Sequence record: PZ386965.1 | Length of the DNA stretch: 64,000 nt | From: a phage | Strand: one strand, 5' to 3' | Shown here: piece after piece, positions 10,515 through 19,863 of the stretch | Layout of the letters: every line of letters starts with the position of its first letter | Numbering within the stretch: position 1 is the stretch's first letter | The notes under the pieces: model-generated | The model's input: the letters and a program-made list of their open reading frames with translations, nothing else | What the model was told of the DNA's origin: nothing | Database searches by the model: none | Program-made: the position numbers and the translations under genes

Positions 10515-11231
10515 ATGAATTATAACTCAATATACGAAAAGCTTATTACCAATGCTAAATCAAGAAGTTTAGATGGTTATACAGAACGTCATCACATTAT
10601 ACCACAATGTTTAGGTGGAAGTGATGATGCTTCAAACTTAGTAGACTTAACACCAGAAGAACATTATTTGGCACATCAACTGTTGGTAAAAATCTATCCA
10701 GATAATGCCTCTTTAATATACGCTGCTCGTATGATGACCATATCATCTCCTAAAGCAGATAGAAGCAAAAACAAATTATTTGGATGGCTTCGTCGTAAGA
10801 ATCAAGAAGTTCAAAAGAACAAAGAATTCACGGCTGAAACCCGTAAGAAAATGTCCGAGTCTGCAAAAAATAAACCAAAGATTACCTGTCCACATTGTGG
10901 TTTAACTGGAACTGAAGGAAACATGCGTCGTTGGCATTTTGATAATTGTAAACAAGGTCCAACGCCTAAAATAGTAAAATTATCTGATGATGAAAAACAG
11001 AGGATAAGTTCTAAACTTAAAACAATAGAGTGGAAACTCCACACATGTGTACACTGTGGTCTAGAAGGAAAAGCTTGCAATATAGTTCCTCATGAGAAAA
11101 ACTGCAAACTTAATCCTAATAGAATAAAACCTAATGTAACAATAGTGGAATGTCCATACTGCTCTAAAAGTGGTTCTATATCAAATATGAAAAGATGGCA
11201 TTTCGATAATTGTAAATATAAGCCTCATTAA
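10515..11231 (+). CDS. free-standing HNH homing endonuclease with three Cys-rich repeats
   Basis: HNH core HHIIPQCLGGSDDASNLVDLTPEEHYLAH; three repeats of CxxCG...RRWHFDNCK; only plus-strand gene inside a minus-strand block. Confidence 0.85.
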   Translation: MNYNSIYEKLITNAKSRSLDGYTERHHIIPQCLGGSDDASNLVDLTPEEHYLAHQLLVKIYPDNASLIYAARMMTISSPKADRSKNKLFGWLRRKNQEVQKNKEFTAETRKKMSESAKNKPKITCPHCGLTGTEGNMRRWHFDNCKQGPTPKIVKLSDDEKQRISSKLKTIEWKLHTCVHCGLEGKACNIVPHEKNCKLNPNRIKPNVTIVECPYCSKSGSISNMKRWHFDNCKYKPH

Positions 11232-12916
11232 GAGGCTTTCATCACAGTAAATCGTCCAACTTTGCTCATTTGAAGATGTTGTCCATAAGCTTGTGGGTCA
11301 TGGTCTCTGTGACTAATTATAAACACGTTTGCATCGGTTAGAGAGTTAAGAATTGTTGAAATAGCTTTAATACCTTCAGAATCAGTCGCGGAATCCATGA
11401 CTTCGTCCATAATTAATGTATTGATTCTAACACCAGAGACCTTTTCAGCAATATCTCGCCATGTAAACAACAATGCGATATCGATACGTGCCTTTTCACC
11501 TTGACTAAATGAAGCATAACTGAACTCTTCACGGCCACGTGATTTTATAGATTCATTGAATTCTTCATCAATAGAAAACACGTAATCAGCTTCCATGATT
11601 TTAAGGTAATGGTTAATCTGCTTGTTGAACAGAGGCACATATTTTTTAATGATAGCACCTTTAATACCAGAATCTTTTAACATATCTGTGATAATACCAC
11701 GATGGTATTTTTCAAGAACGATATCTGATTTTGTTTTAATGATTTTATCAAGTTCTTTTTGAAGCAAAGCTATCTCATCGGCATGGTCGATAAATTCCGC
11801 CGAGGCTTGTTCTATTGCAGCTTTAACTTTCTTAGCTTTATCAATAGTGGCAATCATTGCTTGTTTCTTGGTACGAATATCAGATGCAAGGTCCTGTTTA
11901 GTCTTAACATTAGCTCTATATTCGTCCACTAGGACACTCAGATTATCTCTGTGACATGTAAGTTGCTCGAATGAGTGATTACATTCATGAAGCTTATCGG
12001 TAATCTTAGAGACAATAGGATCACCCTGGTGCAACTGTGATGCACAAGTAGGACATGTACCGCCATCATGATACATCTTAATAACTTTGTTATATGAGTC
12101 AATTTTAGATTTAATCAAGAATGCTTCTTGTCCGATCTTGTTGAATGCCTCAGTAGGGTCTTCGTCAAGAACGATATTAAGTAGACGCTCATTAGCTTCT
12201 TCGATTTCTGCTTTTAATGAACGAGCTTCTTTGGCTAGGTCGTCATACATATTCTGTAGACGCGCTACATTATCACCAGATAATTTCTTTTGACGTTCGA
12301 TATTCTCGTTATAAATCTTAATTTGTTGGATAACACCATCTTTCTTGGCATCGAGAACTTGTCCCTGGGAATTAAGTTCTCGAACTTGAGACTTATTGAT
12401 TTTATCCATTTCAGCAAGTGTGCCGACTTCTAAAAGGTCTTCGACAAGTTTTCTACGAGCAGGGGTGCTAAGAGCCATGAAAGGGGTATACCCTGCCGTC
12501 CCAAGCACAACGATCTGTTTAAAAGACGCGTATGACATTCCGATGCTACGTTCAAATTCTTCTTGGAAGTCACGACTGCTGGCAGATTCATCGAGACGAA
12601 CACCGTCAACGGAGATTTCGAAAATATTGGGCTTTTGGCCACGTTTAATGAAGTATTTTTTATCATCGAATTCCATCCAAAGCTCAACTAAGAGCTCTTT
12701 CTTGTTCGTGCTATTAATGATTTGTCCTTTCTTAACATCACGAAATGGTTTACCGAAAAGTCCGAAAGTAATGGCTTCTAACATCGTAGATTTACCACCG
12801 CCATTTTTACCAGTGATTAATGTTTTTTGGACTTTATCTAATTGGATATCAATAGGATTCCCACCTACCGACATGATGTTTTGATAACGAACACGATTTA
12901 ATTTAAATGATTTCAT
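11228..12916 (-). CDS. 46: recombination endonuclease subunit gp46 (Rad50/SbcC-like)
   Basis: 562 aa; Walker A GKNGGGKST; coiled-coil middle; T4 order. Confidence 0.93.
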   Translation of the reverse strand: MKSFKLNRVRYQNIMSVGGNPIDIQLDKVQKTLITGKNGGGKSTMLEAITFGLFGKPFRDVKKGQIINSTNKKELLVELWMEFDDKKYFIKRGQKPNIFEISVDGVRLDESASSRDFQEEFERSIGMSYASFKQIVVLGTAGYTPFMALSTPARRKLVEDLLEVGTLAEMDKINKSQVRELNSQGQVLDAKKDGVIQQIKIYNENIERQKKLSGDNVARLQNMYDDLAKEARSLKAEIEEANERLLNIVLDEDPTEAFNKIGQEAFLIKSKIDSYNKVIKMYHDGGTCPTCASQLHQGDPIVSKITDKLHECNHSFEQLTCHRDNLSVLVDEYRANVKTKQDLASDIRTKKQAMIATIDKAKKVKAAIEQASAEFIDHADEIALLQKELDKIIKTKSDIVLEKYHRGIITDMLKDSGIKGAIIKKYVPLFNKQINHYLKIMEADYVFSIDEEFNESIKSRGREEFSYASFSQGEKARIDIALLFTWRDIAEKVSGVRINTLIMDEVMDSATDSEGIKAISTILNSLTDANVFIISHRDHDPQAYGQHLQMSKVGRFTVMKAS

Positions 12917-13152
12917 ATGTATTCTCTTCGAATGAAGTCCTCTACATATTTTAACATGTCATCTCTATCAGCAAAATACTCATCTAGTTCTGCATACATA
13001 ACAACACCTGGTGCGTACTCACAGGTAACATACATTGTTCCAAAGAAACGAGGAGTTGTCTCCTCGTAATTCTCAGTCCATTCAACGATACCAATATAAC
13101 CGTCACCAATACTAAATTCGTGACGATGGATTTCATAGTCAGTCTTCGTCAT
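12913..13152 (-). CDS. gp46.1-like protein
   Basis: ORF trimmed to ATG overlapping upstream stop. Confidence 0.55.
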   Translation of the reverse strand: MTKTDYEIHRHEFSIGDGYIGIVEWTENYEETTPRFFGTMYVTCEYAPGVVMYAELDEYFADRDDMLKYVEDFIRREYI

Positions 13153-13396
13153 TATACGCATCCTCGATACACGCTTCAGCCATTTTAAGAATAGAGCCAG
13201 GAGTATCATTGTCCATTATATTAAAGCTAAATTCAATAGCCCAGTCGGTACAGACATGAACGGCTTTAACTTCATTGCCTTCAACGCGTAATGGCTCAAT
13301 CCAATACTTGATAGTGTTCTCGAATCCATCATCATCTTTAACGTCTATTTCAACTTCAAGCCCGAGCCCAGCATTATTAAATTCATCTAAAGTCAT
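13139..13396 (-). CDS. gp46.2-like protein
   Basis: 85-aa ORF, overlaps gene 47 stop. Confidence 0.55.
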   Translation of the reverse strand: MTLDEFNNAGLGLEVEIDVKDDDGFENTIKYWIEPLRVEGNEVKAVHVCTDWAIEFSFNIMDNDTPGSILKMAEACIEDAYNDED

Positions 13397-14412
13397 TGTG
13401 TTGCCTCAATATAAAGTTCGTTGGAATATTTGACCAGCGCTTCTCTGTCTTCGTCTGAGATATCTGGAATAGCGTCAATATATTCTTTAATGATATCTTG
13501 AAGTGATTTAATCTCGATTTCCTGGTCATCATCAGATTCAACACTGTTATCAACTTTAGAAACCATACGAAGAGAGTGAACTACTTTTTCAAGTTCAGAT
13601 TCAAACTTAGTCAACTCTGAATCAATTTCTGATACTATAACACGTACGGCTAGATTAGTATAATCAGAATAATTGATTTTGCCTTTAAATGGATAAGTGA
13701 TTCGTCGATGCCATGTTGTTTCATTAGGAATAAATTCCATACGTTCAACATCAGTGTCAAATACCCAGAATCCACGTGGGTCGTTCTCGTCACCTGCAGT
13801 AAGGGTCCATGGTGTCCCAATATATTTGACGTTAGCAGCTTCAGAGATTGTGTGGAAGTGGCCGGACCAGACTTGTTTATAGGTCTTTAAGAAATCAGGT
13901 TCAAGCCCATGGGACTTCATTCCTTTATAGAAATAAAAGCCGTTCAGTTCCCAGTGACCAACACAATACGCAGCAGAAGAAGTCTTGATGTGCTCTAAGA
14001 TTTCACCTGTATTTTCTTCACACATCCATGGAACGATATCAATCAGACATCCGTCAAAATCTACAGTAGTTGGATGCTCGTAAATAGTAAAGTTTTCAAA
14101 TTGAGTTAACAATTCAGAAACAGTGTTAGGTGTTATTGTATTCTTAAACGCCATGTCATGGTTTCCTATCGTGACATGAACGTGAATGCCTGCTTTAGAA
14201 ATCATATCAACGATTTCACGATTGAATTCCATTGTACGATGTGTTATTGCTTTACGGACGTCAAACCAATCACCGTACTGAATCCAAGTTTTAATCCCGT
14301 GTTTCTTAGAGTATTCAATTGCTTGTCGAATACCATCACGTTGAATATCTTGAACCCATGGGTCGTCTTGTTTGACTCCGATATGGAAGTCGCCTAAGTG
14401 CAAAATTTTCAT
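13393..14412 (-). CDS. 47: recombination endonuclease subunit gp47 (Mre11/SbcD-like)
   Basis: Phosphoesterase motifs LHLGDFH and GNHD; 339 aa. Confidence 0.93.
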   Translation of the reverse strand: MKILHLGDFHIGVKQDDPWVQDIQRDGIRQAIEYSKKHGIKTWIQYGDWFDVRKAITHRTMEFNREIVDMISKAGIHVHVTIGNHDMAFKNTITPNTVSELLTQFENFTIYEHPTTVDFDGCLIDIVPWMCEENTGEILEHIKTSSAAYCVGHWELNGFYFYKGMKSHGLEPDFLKTYKQVWSGHFHTISEAANVKYIGTPWTLTAGDENDPRGFWVFDTDVERMEFIPNETTWHRRITYPFKGKINYSDYTNLAVRVIVSEIDSELTKFESELEKVVHSLRMVSKVDNSVESDDDQEIEIKSLQDIIKEYIDAIPDISDEDREALVKYSNELYIEATQ

Positions 14413-14460
14413 ATTATTTCCTCATTAGTTAATTCATTCTATCATCCGTTTATAAAGCAA

Positions 14461-14490
14461 AAAAGGAACTCCGAAGAGTTCCTATCCACA
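14461..14490 (-). terminator. rho-independent terminator
   Basis: GGAACTC-TTCG-GAGTTCC hairpin followed by TTTTTTG on minus strand. Confidence 0.75.
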
Positions 14491-14655
14491 TAGTACACCA
14501 TACAGAGGCTCATTTGAACTTTTAAATCGAATTGGCTTGTATGTAATAGTTCCTTCGGCTTTAGCTTTATCATAAGACTCTTTAAAACGTCTCATTCTTT
14601 CTGCTTTGCCTTTACGGATTTTATCAAAATTTTCAGAAGTCGGGATGTTCGTCAT
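14482..14655 (-). CDS. small basic protein (57 aa)
   Basis: ORF MTNIPTSENFDKIRKGKAERMRRFKESYDKAKAEG... ending at terminator hairpin; below track length cutoff. Confidence 0.4.
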   Translation of the reverse strand: MTNIPTSENFDKIRKGKAERMRRFKESYDKAKAEGTITYKPIRFKSSNEPLYGVLCG

Positions 14656-14694
14656 GCATAAGCACCTCTCAGAAAATGCCTAAATCGATTTCTC

Positions 14695-14901
14695 TCATCG
14701 TTTCCACCATTTCTTAACTTGAAATGAATCAACCCACACGAGTTGTTTTGGGTCTGCCTTTACAATAGGCGGACAAATTTCTGTAATAGAACCGTCGTGA
14801 TATTCCTTTTCGGAAATTTTAACACAAAGAGGACCACCCAATTTAATGGTGAACCCTGCGTTCAGCTTCAGACGTTTAAACTTTGTTTGAACTAGCGCCA
14901 T
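14695..14901 (-). CDS. hypothetical protein
   Basis: Track ORF, trimmed start. Confidence 0.45.
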   Translation of the reverse strand: MALVQTKFKRLKLNAGFTIKLGGPLCVKISEKEYHDGSITEICPPIVKADPKQLVWVDSFQVKKWWKR

Positions 14902-15199
14902 TAATGATGTCCTCAATAGCTTGACGAGTAGTAACCCACTGGATTTTAATTAACTTGTCATTATATGGTTGTCGTAGAATATCCCGAGATTTCTTAATAG
15001 CATATTCGTAAGCTTCGAAGTTGTTTTGAATTGCTGCTTCTTGAGCATGAGCATAAAGACGGTTTAGTTCAAAACGGTTCTTTTTAAGAATCTTTTCGGA
15101 TTTTTTACGTGCTTCAGCTTCATTTTTCTTTTGGATTTCTTGTAGCATTTTAGCTACTGCATCTTCTGCTTCTTTATTTTCAATAATCTCGGTAGTCAT
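14876..15199 (-). CDS. hypothetical protein (55.x region)
   Basis: 107-aa ORF, lysine-rich. Confidence 0.5.
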   Translation of the reverse strand: MTTEIIENKEAEDAVAKMLQEIQKKNEAEARKKSEKILKKNRFELNRLYAHAQEAAIQNNFEAYEYAIKKSRDILRQPYNDKLIKIQWVTTRQAIEDIINGASSNKV

Positions 15200-15200
15200 A

Positions 15201-15416
15201 TTATCTCATTAAATTAAAATAAAAACGTCCGTCCTCTTCAATACAGAACTCGTACTCAACTGGAGTCCCATTTATCGAAAATGACACGTCATGCGGGTTC
15301 AAAGGGTCGATGTCAAAATTAATTTTAAATTCTCGACCCAACAGTTTTACCAAATAAGGGATTGCTTCGTCAAAAGGTTCTTCTAAGTAGTTAGAGATGT
15401 CAATTGTCATCCTCAT
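15201..15416 (-). CDS. hypothetical protein
   Basis: ATG overlapping gene 55 stop. Confidence 0.45.
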   Translation of the reverse strand: MRMTIDISNYLEEPFDEAIPYLVKLLGREFKINFDIDPLNPHDVSFSINGTPVEYEFCIEEDGRFYFNLMR

Positions 15417-15975
15417 ATAAAAAATCCAAACTAGGCGAATCGCTAACAACTTCCTTCTTTTCAGCCCCAGGAGCTTTATAAGCGGATTCTTCATAATGCG
15501 TCATTTTATCGTAGATGTCTTGAATAAACGTTTCATCTACCAACGCTACCATATCATCGTCATGACTGTCGTAGACATTATGAACGAAGTAACTATATTT
15601 CTTTGCAACTTCCTTACGTTCTTTTTTGATACGTTGGACAAAAGCATTAAAACAAGCTCGAGTTATGTATGCATGTGGGTTATTGTACTTAGTTTCGTCG
15701 AAATTATGAAGTCCCTTAATAGAGGCTTCAATCCCATCTGCAATCATCTCCTGCTTCCAAGACTGGGTATATCCTGAAAAGTTGAAACGTTTGGACAGGC
15801 CTTCGGCGATAAGCATAATTGCTAAACCGATGGTATCATTCTGACGAATAATTTTGTTTGGGTCTTTATTATTTAAGAGCTCCTTTTTCCACTCGATTAT
15901 AGCGGCGAGAAGCTCTTTATTATTCACATAGTTATTTTTAGGTTTTTGTTCAGTCATAAGTACCTCTTGGCTCAA
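15400..15975 (-). CDS. 55: late transcription sigma factor gp55
   Basis: [21 protein letters not shown] region collinear with T4 gp55; ~190 aa. Confidence 0.9.
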   Translation of the reverse strand: MSQEVLMTEQKPKNNYVNNKELLAAIIEWKKELLNNKDPNKIIRQNDTIGLAIMLIAEGLSKRFNFSGYTQSWKQEMIADGIEASIKGLHNFDETKYNNPHAYITRACFNAFVQRIKKERKEVAKKYSYFVHNVYDSHDDDMVALVDETFIQDIYDKMTHYEESAYKAPGAEKKEVVSDSPSLDFLYEDDN

Positions 15976-16029
15976 TTCATAGGTCTATTATATCATAATA
16001 TTTAGAGGCCTATCTTAAAGCACGAGATA

Positions 16030-16299
16030 CTATCGGAGCAAACAATACGCCTGGAATACTTTTTCCATTAAACGTTTGAACTCATGTATATCAATATAAA
16101 GCTCGGTTAATCCAGCTCCATAAAGAAAATCTAAAAAGTTCTCATGTGTTTCGTTATAGTCGCCTTCGTTTAATTGAGATACATGAGTTTCCCAAAAACC
16201 GACACCTTTAACAAATGGAAAATACGTAACTTTCATAAAGTTGTCGACGTAAAATTCGCCCAGCTTTTCTTCAGTTATACTGATTCGAGTTAATTTCAT
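16030..16299 (-). CDS. hypothetical protein
   Basis: Track ORF. Confidence 0.5.
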   Translation of the reverse strand: MKLTRISITEEKLGEFYVDNFMKVTYFPFVKGVGFWETHVSQLNEGDYNETHENFLDFLYGAGLTELYIDIHEFKRLMEKVFQAYCLLR

Positions 16300-16523
16300 T
16301 CTAGTTCCTTTGCCGCTTCAAGAGCAGCATCCAATGAATCAAATTGGTCAACGAAATCAATATTCAACGCATCGTCAACCGTAGCATATAACCACCATTG
16401 TTTGAATTCGTATTCTAGAATAAATCCAAGCCCTTCAATCTGAGAAAGACCTAGACTATTTGTACCAACTTCGTAACCAGCTAGACGCAGGTCATTAATC
16501 AAAGCTTCTGTTAATACGCTCAT
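16296..16523 (-). CDS. hypothetical protein
   Basis: Track ORF, coupled stop/start. Confidence 0.5.
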   Translation of the reverse strand: MSVLTEALINDLRLAGYEVGTNSLGLSQIEGLGFILEYEFKQWWLYATVDDALNIDFVDQFDSLDAALEAAKELE

Positions 16524-16855
16524 TTTACCGCCTTAACAATTTTCAGGTCAACGAATTTTTTCTTACGTTGATTTTTCATACGACGGATAGTCTTTTCAGA
16601 GATTTCATGTTTCTGATAAGCTTTAGATTCAACACCAAATGCAGCAACGTCAAATTCAGAAAGAATATATTGTACTAGAATTTCACGAATAGAATTACGT
16701 CCAATTTTCTGGTCGTGTTTTTGCATGATTTCATAAAGACGGAATTCCCAGGCGTCAAGAACTTGAGGAGTAACAATATTGCCAGATTCCAGAAGAGCAA
16801 CAACTTTATCGAAAGCGAAAGAATTAACTACGTTTTTGATTTTAGTAGACATATT
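16520..16855 (-). CDS. hypothetical protein
   Basis: ATG with GAGGA RBS; downstream of promoter cassette. Confidence 0.5.
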   Translation of the reverse strand, partial: NMSTKIKNVVNSFAFDKVVALLESGNIVTPQVLDAWEFRLYEIMQKHDQKIGRNSIREILVQYILSEFDVAAFGVESKAYQKHEISEKTIRRMKNQRKKKFVDLKIVKAVK

Positions 16856-16880
16856 ATTTTCCTCGGTTATTTTATTATCC

Positions 16881-16922
16881 AACGAGAGAATTATACTCAT
16901 CTCTCAAGAGTTTGTATATTAT
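16881..16922 (-). promoter_or_regulatory. early promoter / stem-loop cassette
   Basis: TATAAT -10 on minus strand embedded in GAGAGA/TCTCTC inverted repeat. Confidence 0.5.
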
Positions 16923-17158
16923 TTTTTAAGCATGAAAAGTAAGTAATTTGTATCACGTGGAGTAATATCAACACCCATATCAAAGATGCCTTTATAGATT
17001 GGGTATTTGTTTTCGGTTGTATCGAAGCTGAAACTATTTCCATCACAACTAACAGTAATAGCATCTGTTAAAATGTCATACTCAATCCTAACAATTGAAT
17101 CCCCAATTTTAACGTCGAGGTGTTTTTTGAATTTGATAAAATCTAATTCTTGGGCCAT
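16919..17158 (-). CDS. hypothetical protein
   Basis: Track ORF. Confidence 0.5.
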   Translation of the reverse strand: MAQELDFIKFKKHLDVKIGDSIVRIEYDILTDAITVSCDGNSFSFDTTENKYPIYKGIFDMGVDITPRDTNYLLFMLKK

Positions 17159-17170
17159 GATATTTTCCTC

Positions 17171-17222
17171 ATTTTAAGACGATAGGAAGATAATAACATG
17201 TCTTCCTATCGTTGTACATTAT
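17171..17222 (-). promoter_or_regulatory. early promoter / stem-loop cassette
   Basis: GATAGGAAGA...TCTTCCTATC inverted repeat plus TGTACA -35-like. Confidence 0.45.
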
Positions 17223-17434
17223 TAACCGAACTTTTTAGCGCCTTTCCAGCCTTCGTACATAACTGCACAAGTCAATAGTACAGCATGTTGGCATTCTTTG
17301 TATTTGTAAATCCAGAACCAGCGTAAGAAGTCTTCATCCTCAACACCATTGAGTTTCATGTTGGCAAAGAATTCGGCACGTTCTTCACGAAGCTTTTGCG
17401 ATAACATAGATTCAGGATTCATTTTATATTCCAT
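17222..17434 (-). CDS. hypothetical protein
   Basis: Track ORF. Confidence 0.45.
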   Translation of the reverse strand: MEYKMNPESMLSQKLREERAEFFANMKLNGVEDEDFLRWFWIYKYKECQHAVLLTCAVMYEGWKGAKKFG

Positions 17435-17646
17435 GCCCCATTTTCATCGATGAACTTAATCCAGTCATTTACAGACCATTTAGTTGTATCACCCTTTGGA
17501 TTAACATTTAAAGTATATAATCCCTGCTTAAAAAGCATTCGTTTGATATTCATAATTTCCTCAACTGTAACGATAACATTCGTTAGCTTTACGTTTGGCT
17601 TCAGTATGAGAAGTATTATAATCATACTCTTCTTTACTGTAAACAT
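17419..17646 (-). CDS. hypothetical protein
   Basis: Track ORF. Confidence 0.4.
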   Translation of the reverse strand: MFTVKKSMIIILLILKPNVKLTNVIVTVEEIMNIKRMLFKQGLYTLNVNPKGDTTKWSVNDWIKFIDENGAWNIK

Positions 17647-17854
17647 CTTTTTTCAACTTACGAACTTCTTTGCGGAGTTGTCGATTCATTTCATTCTTGA
17701 CTTCAGAATCAACACCTTTCATACGTTTCCATTTATCTGAGCGGAAGATGTTTTCAACCATGTCTTTGTGGCTAACACCATCAGGAGCTTTACGCTTACC
17801 AAAATAGTCGTAATCGCGAACTTTCAAATCTTTACGACGATATGTTTTACCCAT
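17561..17854 (-). CDS. hypothetical basic protein
   Basis: Track ORF trimmed; overlaps neighbour in another frame so one of the pair may be spurious. Confidence 0.35.
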   Translation of the reverse strand: MGKTYRRKDLKVRDYDYFGKRKAPDGVSHKDMVENIFRSDKWKRMKGVDSEVKNEMNRQLRKEVRKLKKDVYSKEEYDYNTSHTEAKRKANECYRYS

Positions 17855-17861
17855 AAGTACC

Positions 17862-18110
17862 TCAGAGGTTGATTGATACAATGCGTTTGATAAAATTCAC
17901 TTCACTTACTGAAAGGTCTTTAAGACCGATTGATTCTAAACGCTGAGTAAGCGTCAACATCGGGATATAATCCCAATGAGTTTTATTTGCTTGATAAGTA
18001 CGAACGCCATTAGCAATTTCAACATGCAAATCTGAAATGGTAACGAATACCAGACGCTCATCATTAACTTTAAGGGTTAGAACAACTTTCTTTGAATCTA
18101 AACTAATCAT
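17862..18110 (-). CDS. hypothetical protein
   Basis: Track ORF. Confidence 0.45.
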   Translation of the reverse strand: MISLDSKKVVLTLKVNDERLVFVTISDLHVEIANGVRTYQANKTHWDYIPMLTLTQRLESIGLKDLSVSEVNFIKRIVSINL

Positions 18111-18289
18111 AGTTTAATTTCCTTCGCGATTGAACAGAAGATACCACGGTCACAAAGCAGTTCACCAATTTCTGGATATTTGATTGAACGGTACCAAACA
18201 TCCAGGCTTGAAATTCTGGTTATCTGTATTGCATTACCGTTGACAGAATAGTACTGGTCAACCTTAATTTCTTTATCTTCAATTGACAT
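18107..18289 (-). CDS. hypothetical protein
   Basis: ATG with AGGAAA RBS. Confidence 0.4.
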   Translation of the reverse strand: MSIEDKEIKVDQYYSVNGNAIQITRISSLDVWYRSIKYPEIGELLCDRGIFCSIAKEIKL

Positions 18290-18456
18290 TTTGTTTTCCT
18301 CTGTGGTAGATGATGCTAATCTTAACATATCTATCGAGGATGTAAACTGTTTTATGAAAATATTTTTGATTTGAGAGGGGCACAAGGAGATAGTGAAGTG
18401 AAGATTCTAATGGATTATATTAGAAATAAGGATAAAGAAGACCAGGCGGCACCTGG

Positions 18457-18780
18457 TCAATCTTCTATGATATCAGAGTCGTATCCTAATGAAATCAAGG
18501 ACTTTTTAAACTCTGCAATATTCTTTTGTTTCTTATCATTTAAAAATATGACAGGATAACGAATATTAAGTGAAGTGAATCCTGCACGTTTAGCAAGAGA
18601 TACGATTAAAGGACGATCATATTCAATCTTACCATTATTAGTGAGGACTTTATAAAATGTATAAGGAGCATTGAGCTCCTTTAAAAGTTTTGTAACGGTA
18701 TAACATCCTGGACAACGTCCAACTTCTTCAGGGATGCCATAGACTTCAATCTTATTCTTTAAGTTCGAGTTTTGTTCCAC
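18457..18780 (-). CDS. nrdH: glutaredoxin-like protein (NrdH-like), probable GTG start
   Basis: CPGC redox motif after KIEVYG strand; T4 nrdH position; GTG with AAGGAA RBS. Confidence 0.65.
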   Translation of the reverse strand: MEQNSNLKNKIEVYGIPEEVGRCPGCYTVTKLLKELNAPYTFYKVLTNNGKIEYDRPLIVSLAKRAGFTSLNIRYPVIFLNDKKQKNIAEFKKSLISLGYDSDIIED

Positions 18781-19063
18781 GAGAAATAATTCCTTGGTAA
18801 GCCCAATAAGGAGGATTAACAGAATCATCACCAGAATTTTCTTCAGGGAAATAAACCTGGATAACGAAGCCGGATTCATCAAAGGTGAAATAAGTAGTAG
18901 GCAGTTCACCTAACAAATCGGCACGAGCGTTGATTTCTTCGAGGTCTTGTTCACGTCCAGCCCAGAAGCTTGGGTTCAGACTACATTCATAGAAATAATA
19001 GTCATTACCGAACATATCAAACCCCTTCCAACTCTCTACCACGTACTGCTCAAAACTAATCAT
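18752..19063 (-). CDS. hypothetical protein
   Basis: 103-aa ORF. Confidence 0.5.
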   Translation of the reverse strand: MISFEQYVVESWKGFDMFGNDYYFYECSLNPSFWAGREQDLEEINARADLLGELPTTYFTFDESGFVIQVYFPEENSGDDSVNPPYWAYQGIISRGTKLELKE

Positions 19064-19065
19064 AA

Positions 19066-19281
19066 TTAAGCCTTTTTATCAAGAACAGAATTCAGTTTGT
19101 TAGTAATTTTGTCCAGACGCTCATTGAACTCACTAGAAGATAAGCCCTTTTCTGGAGAAATTAAACTAATCACGAAAAATACACCAGTAAAAGGAATAAG
19201 AAAAATAGCTCCAACTGCCATAAACAAAAAGAACGTTACAGTTGTAAGAAAATCAGCTAAACCTTTACGAAATTTATACAT
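19066..19281 (-). CDS. small membrane protein
   Basis: Hydrophobic core FFLFMAVGAIFLIPFTGVFFVISLI. Confidence 0.5.
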   Translation of the reverse strand: MYKFRKGLADFLTTVTFFLFMAVGAIFLIPFTGVFFVISLISPEKGLSSSEFNERLDKITNKLNSVLDKKA

Positions 19282-19392
19282 ATTTACCCTTAATTAATTA
19301 ACCAAGCGTTGATAAGCAAACAATATTGCGAATAAAATTCTGGACCAAAATGAAAAATCATATCATTTATAGTGTCCATAATGTAATTCAAT

Positions 19393-19863
19393 TTAATCAT
19401 GTTTCCACACCCCATCGGTATTTGACCAAAGTCGCTGATTATCTGATCCTCGCCACAACTTTTTGGTCGGAAGATTTTTCTCATACTTACCATCAATAAT
19501 AACATCAACATATTTAAGCATTTCTAGTTGTTTAATATCTTCAAACTTATATCCTGTCCACAACCAAATGCTTTTACTGGGATAAAGATTTTTAATAGTT
19601 TGAACCACAGAGTGAATCACATCTCTGTTATCAGGATAGAGAGGGTCACCTCCGGTTATAGTCAATCCTTCTATATAATCATTATTCAAACATTCAATTA
19701 ATTGTTCTAGTGTCTCTCCGGTGAATGGAGCACCATTTCTAGCGTTCCATGTTGATTTATTATAACACCCTTCGCATTTATGCAAACAACCTGTAACGAA
19801 AAGAACGACCCTGCAACCAGGGCCATTAACAAAATCGCAAGGATAAAATCTATCATAATTCAT
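19393..19863 (-). CDS. nrdG: anaerobic ribonucleotide reductase activating protein NrdG
   Basis: Radical-SAM CxxxCxxC (CLHKCEGC); 156 aa. Confidence 0.93.
   Translation of the reverse strand: MNYDRFYPCDFVNGPGCRVVLFVTGCLHKCEGCYNKSTWNARNGAPFTGETLEQLIECLNNDYIEGLTITGGDPLYPDNRDVIHSVVQTIKNLYPSKSIWLWTGYKFEDIKQLEMLKYVDVIIDGKYEKNLPTKKLWRGSDNQRLWSNTDGVWKHD

Noticed and set aside
18457-18909. Full 150-aa version of the glutaredoxin ORF from the track
   Set aside because: The N-terminal 45 residues are hydrophobic low-complexity and overlap the upstream gene; a GTG start at about 18780 gives a product of typical NrdH size.
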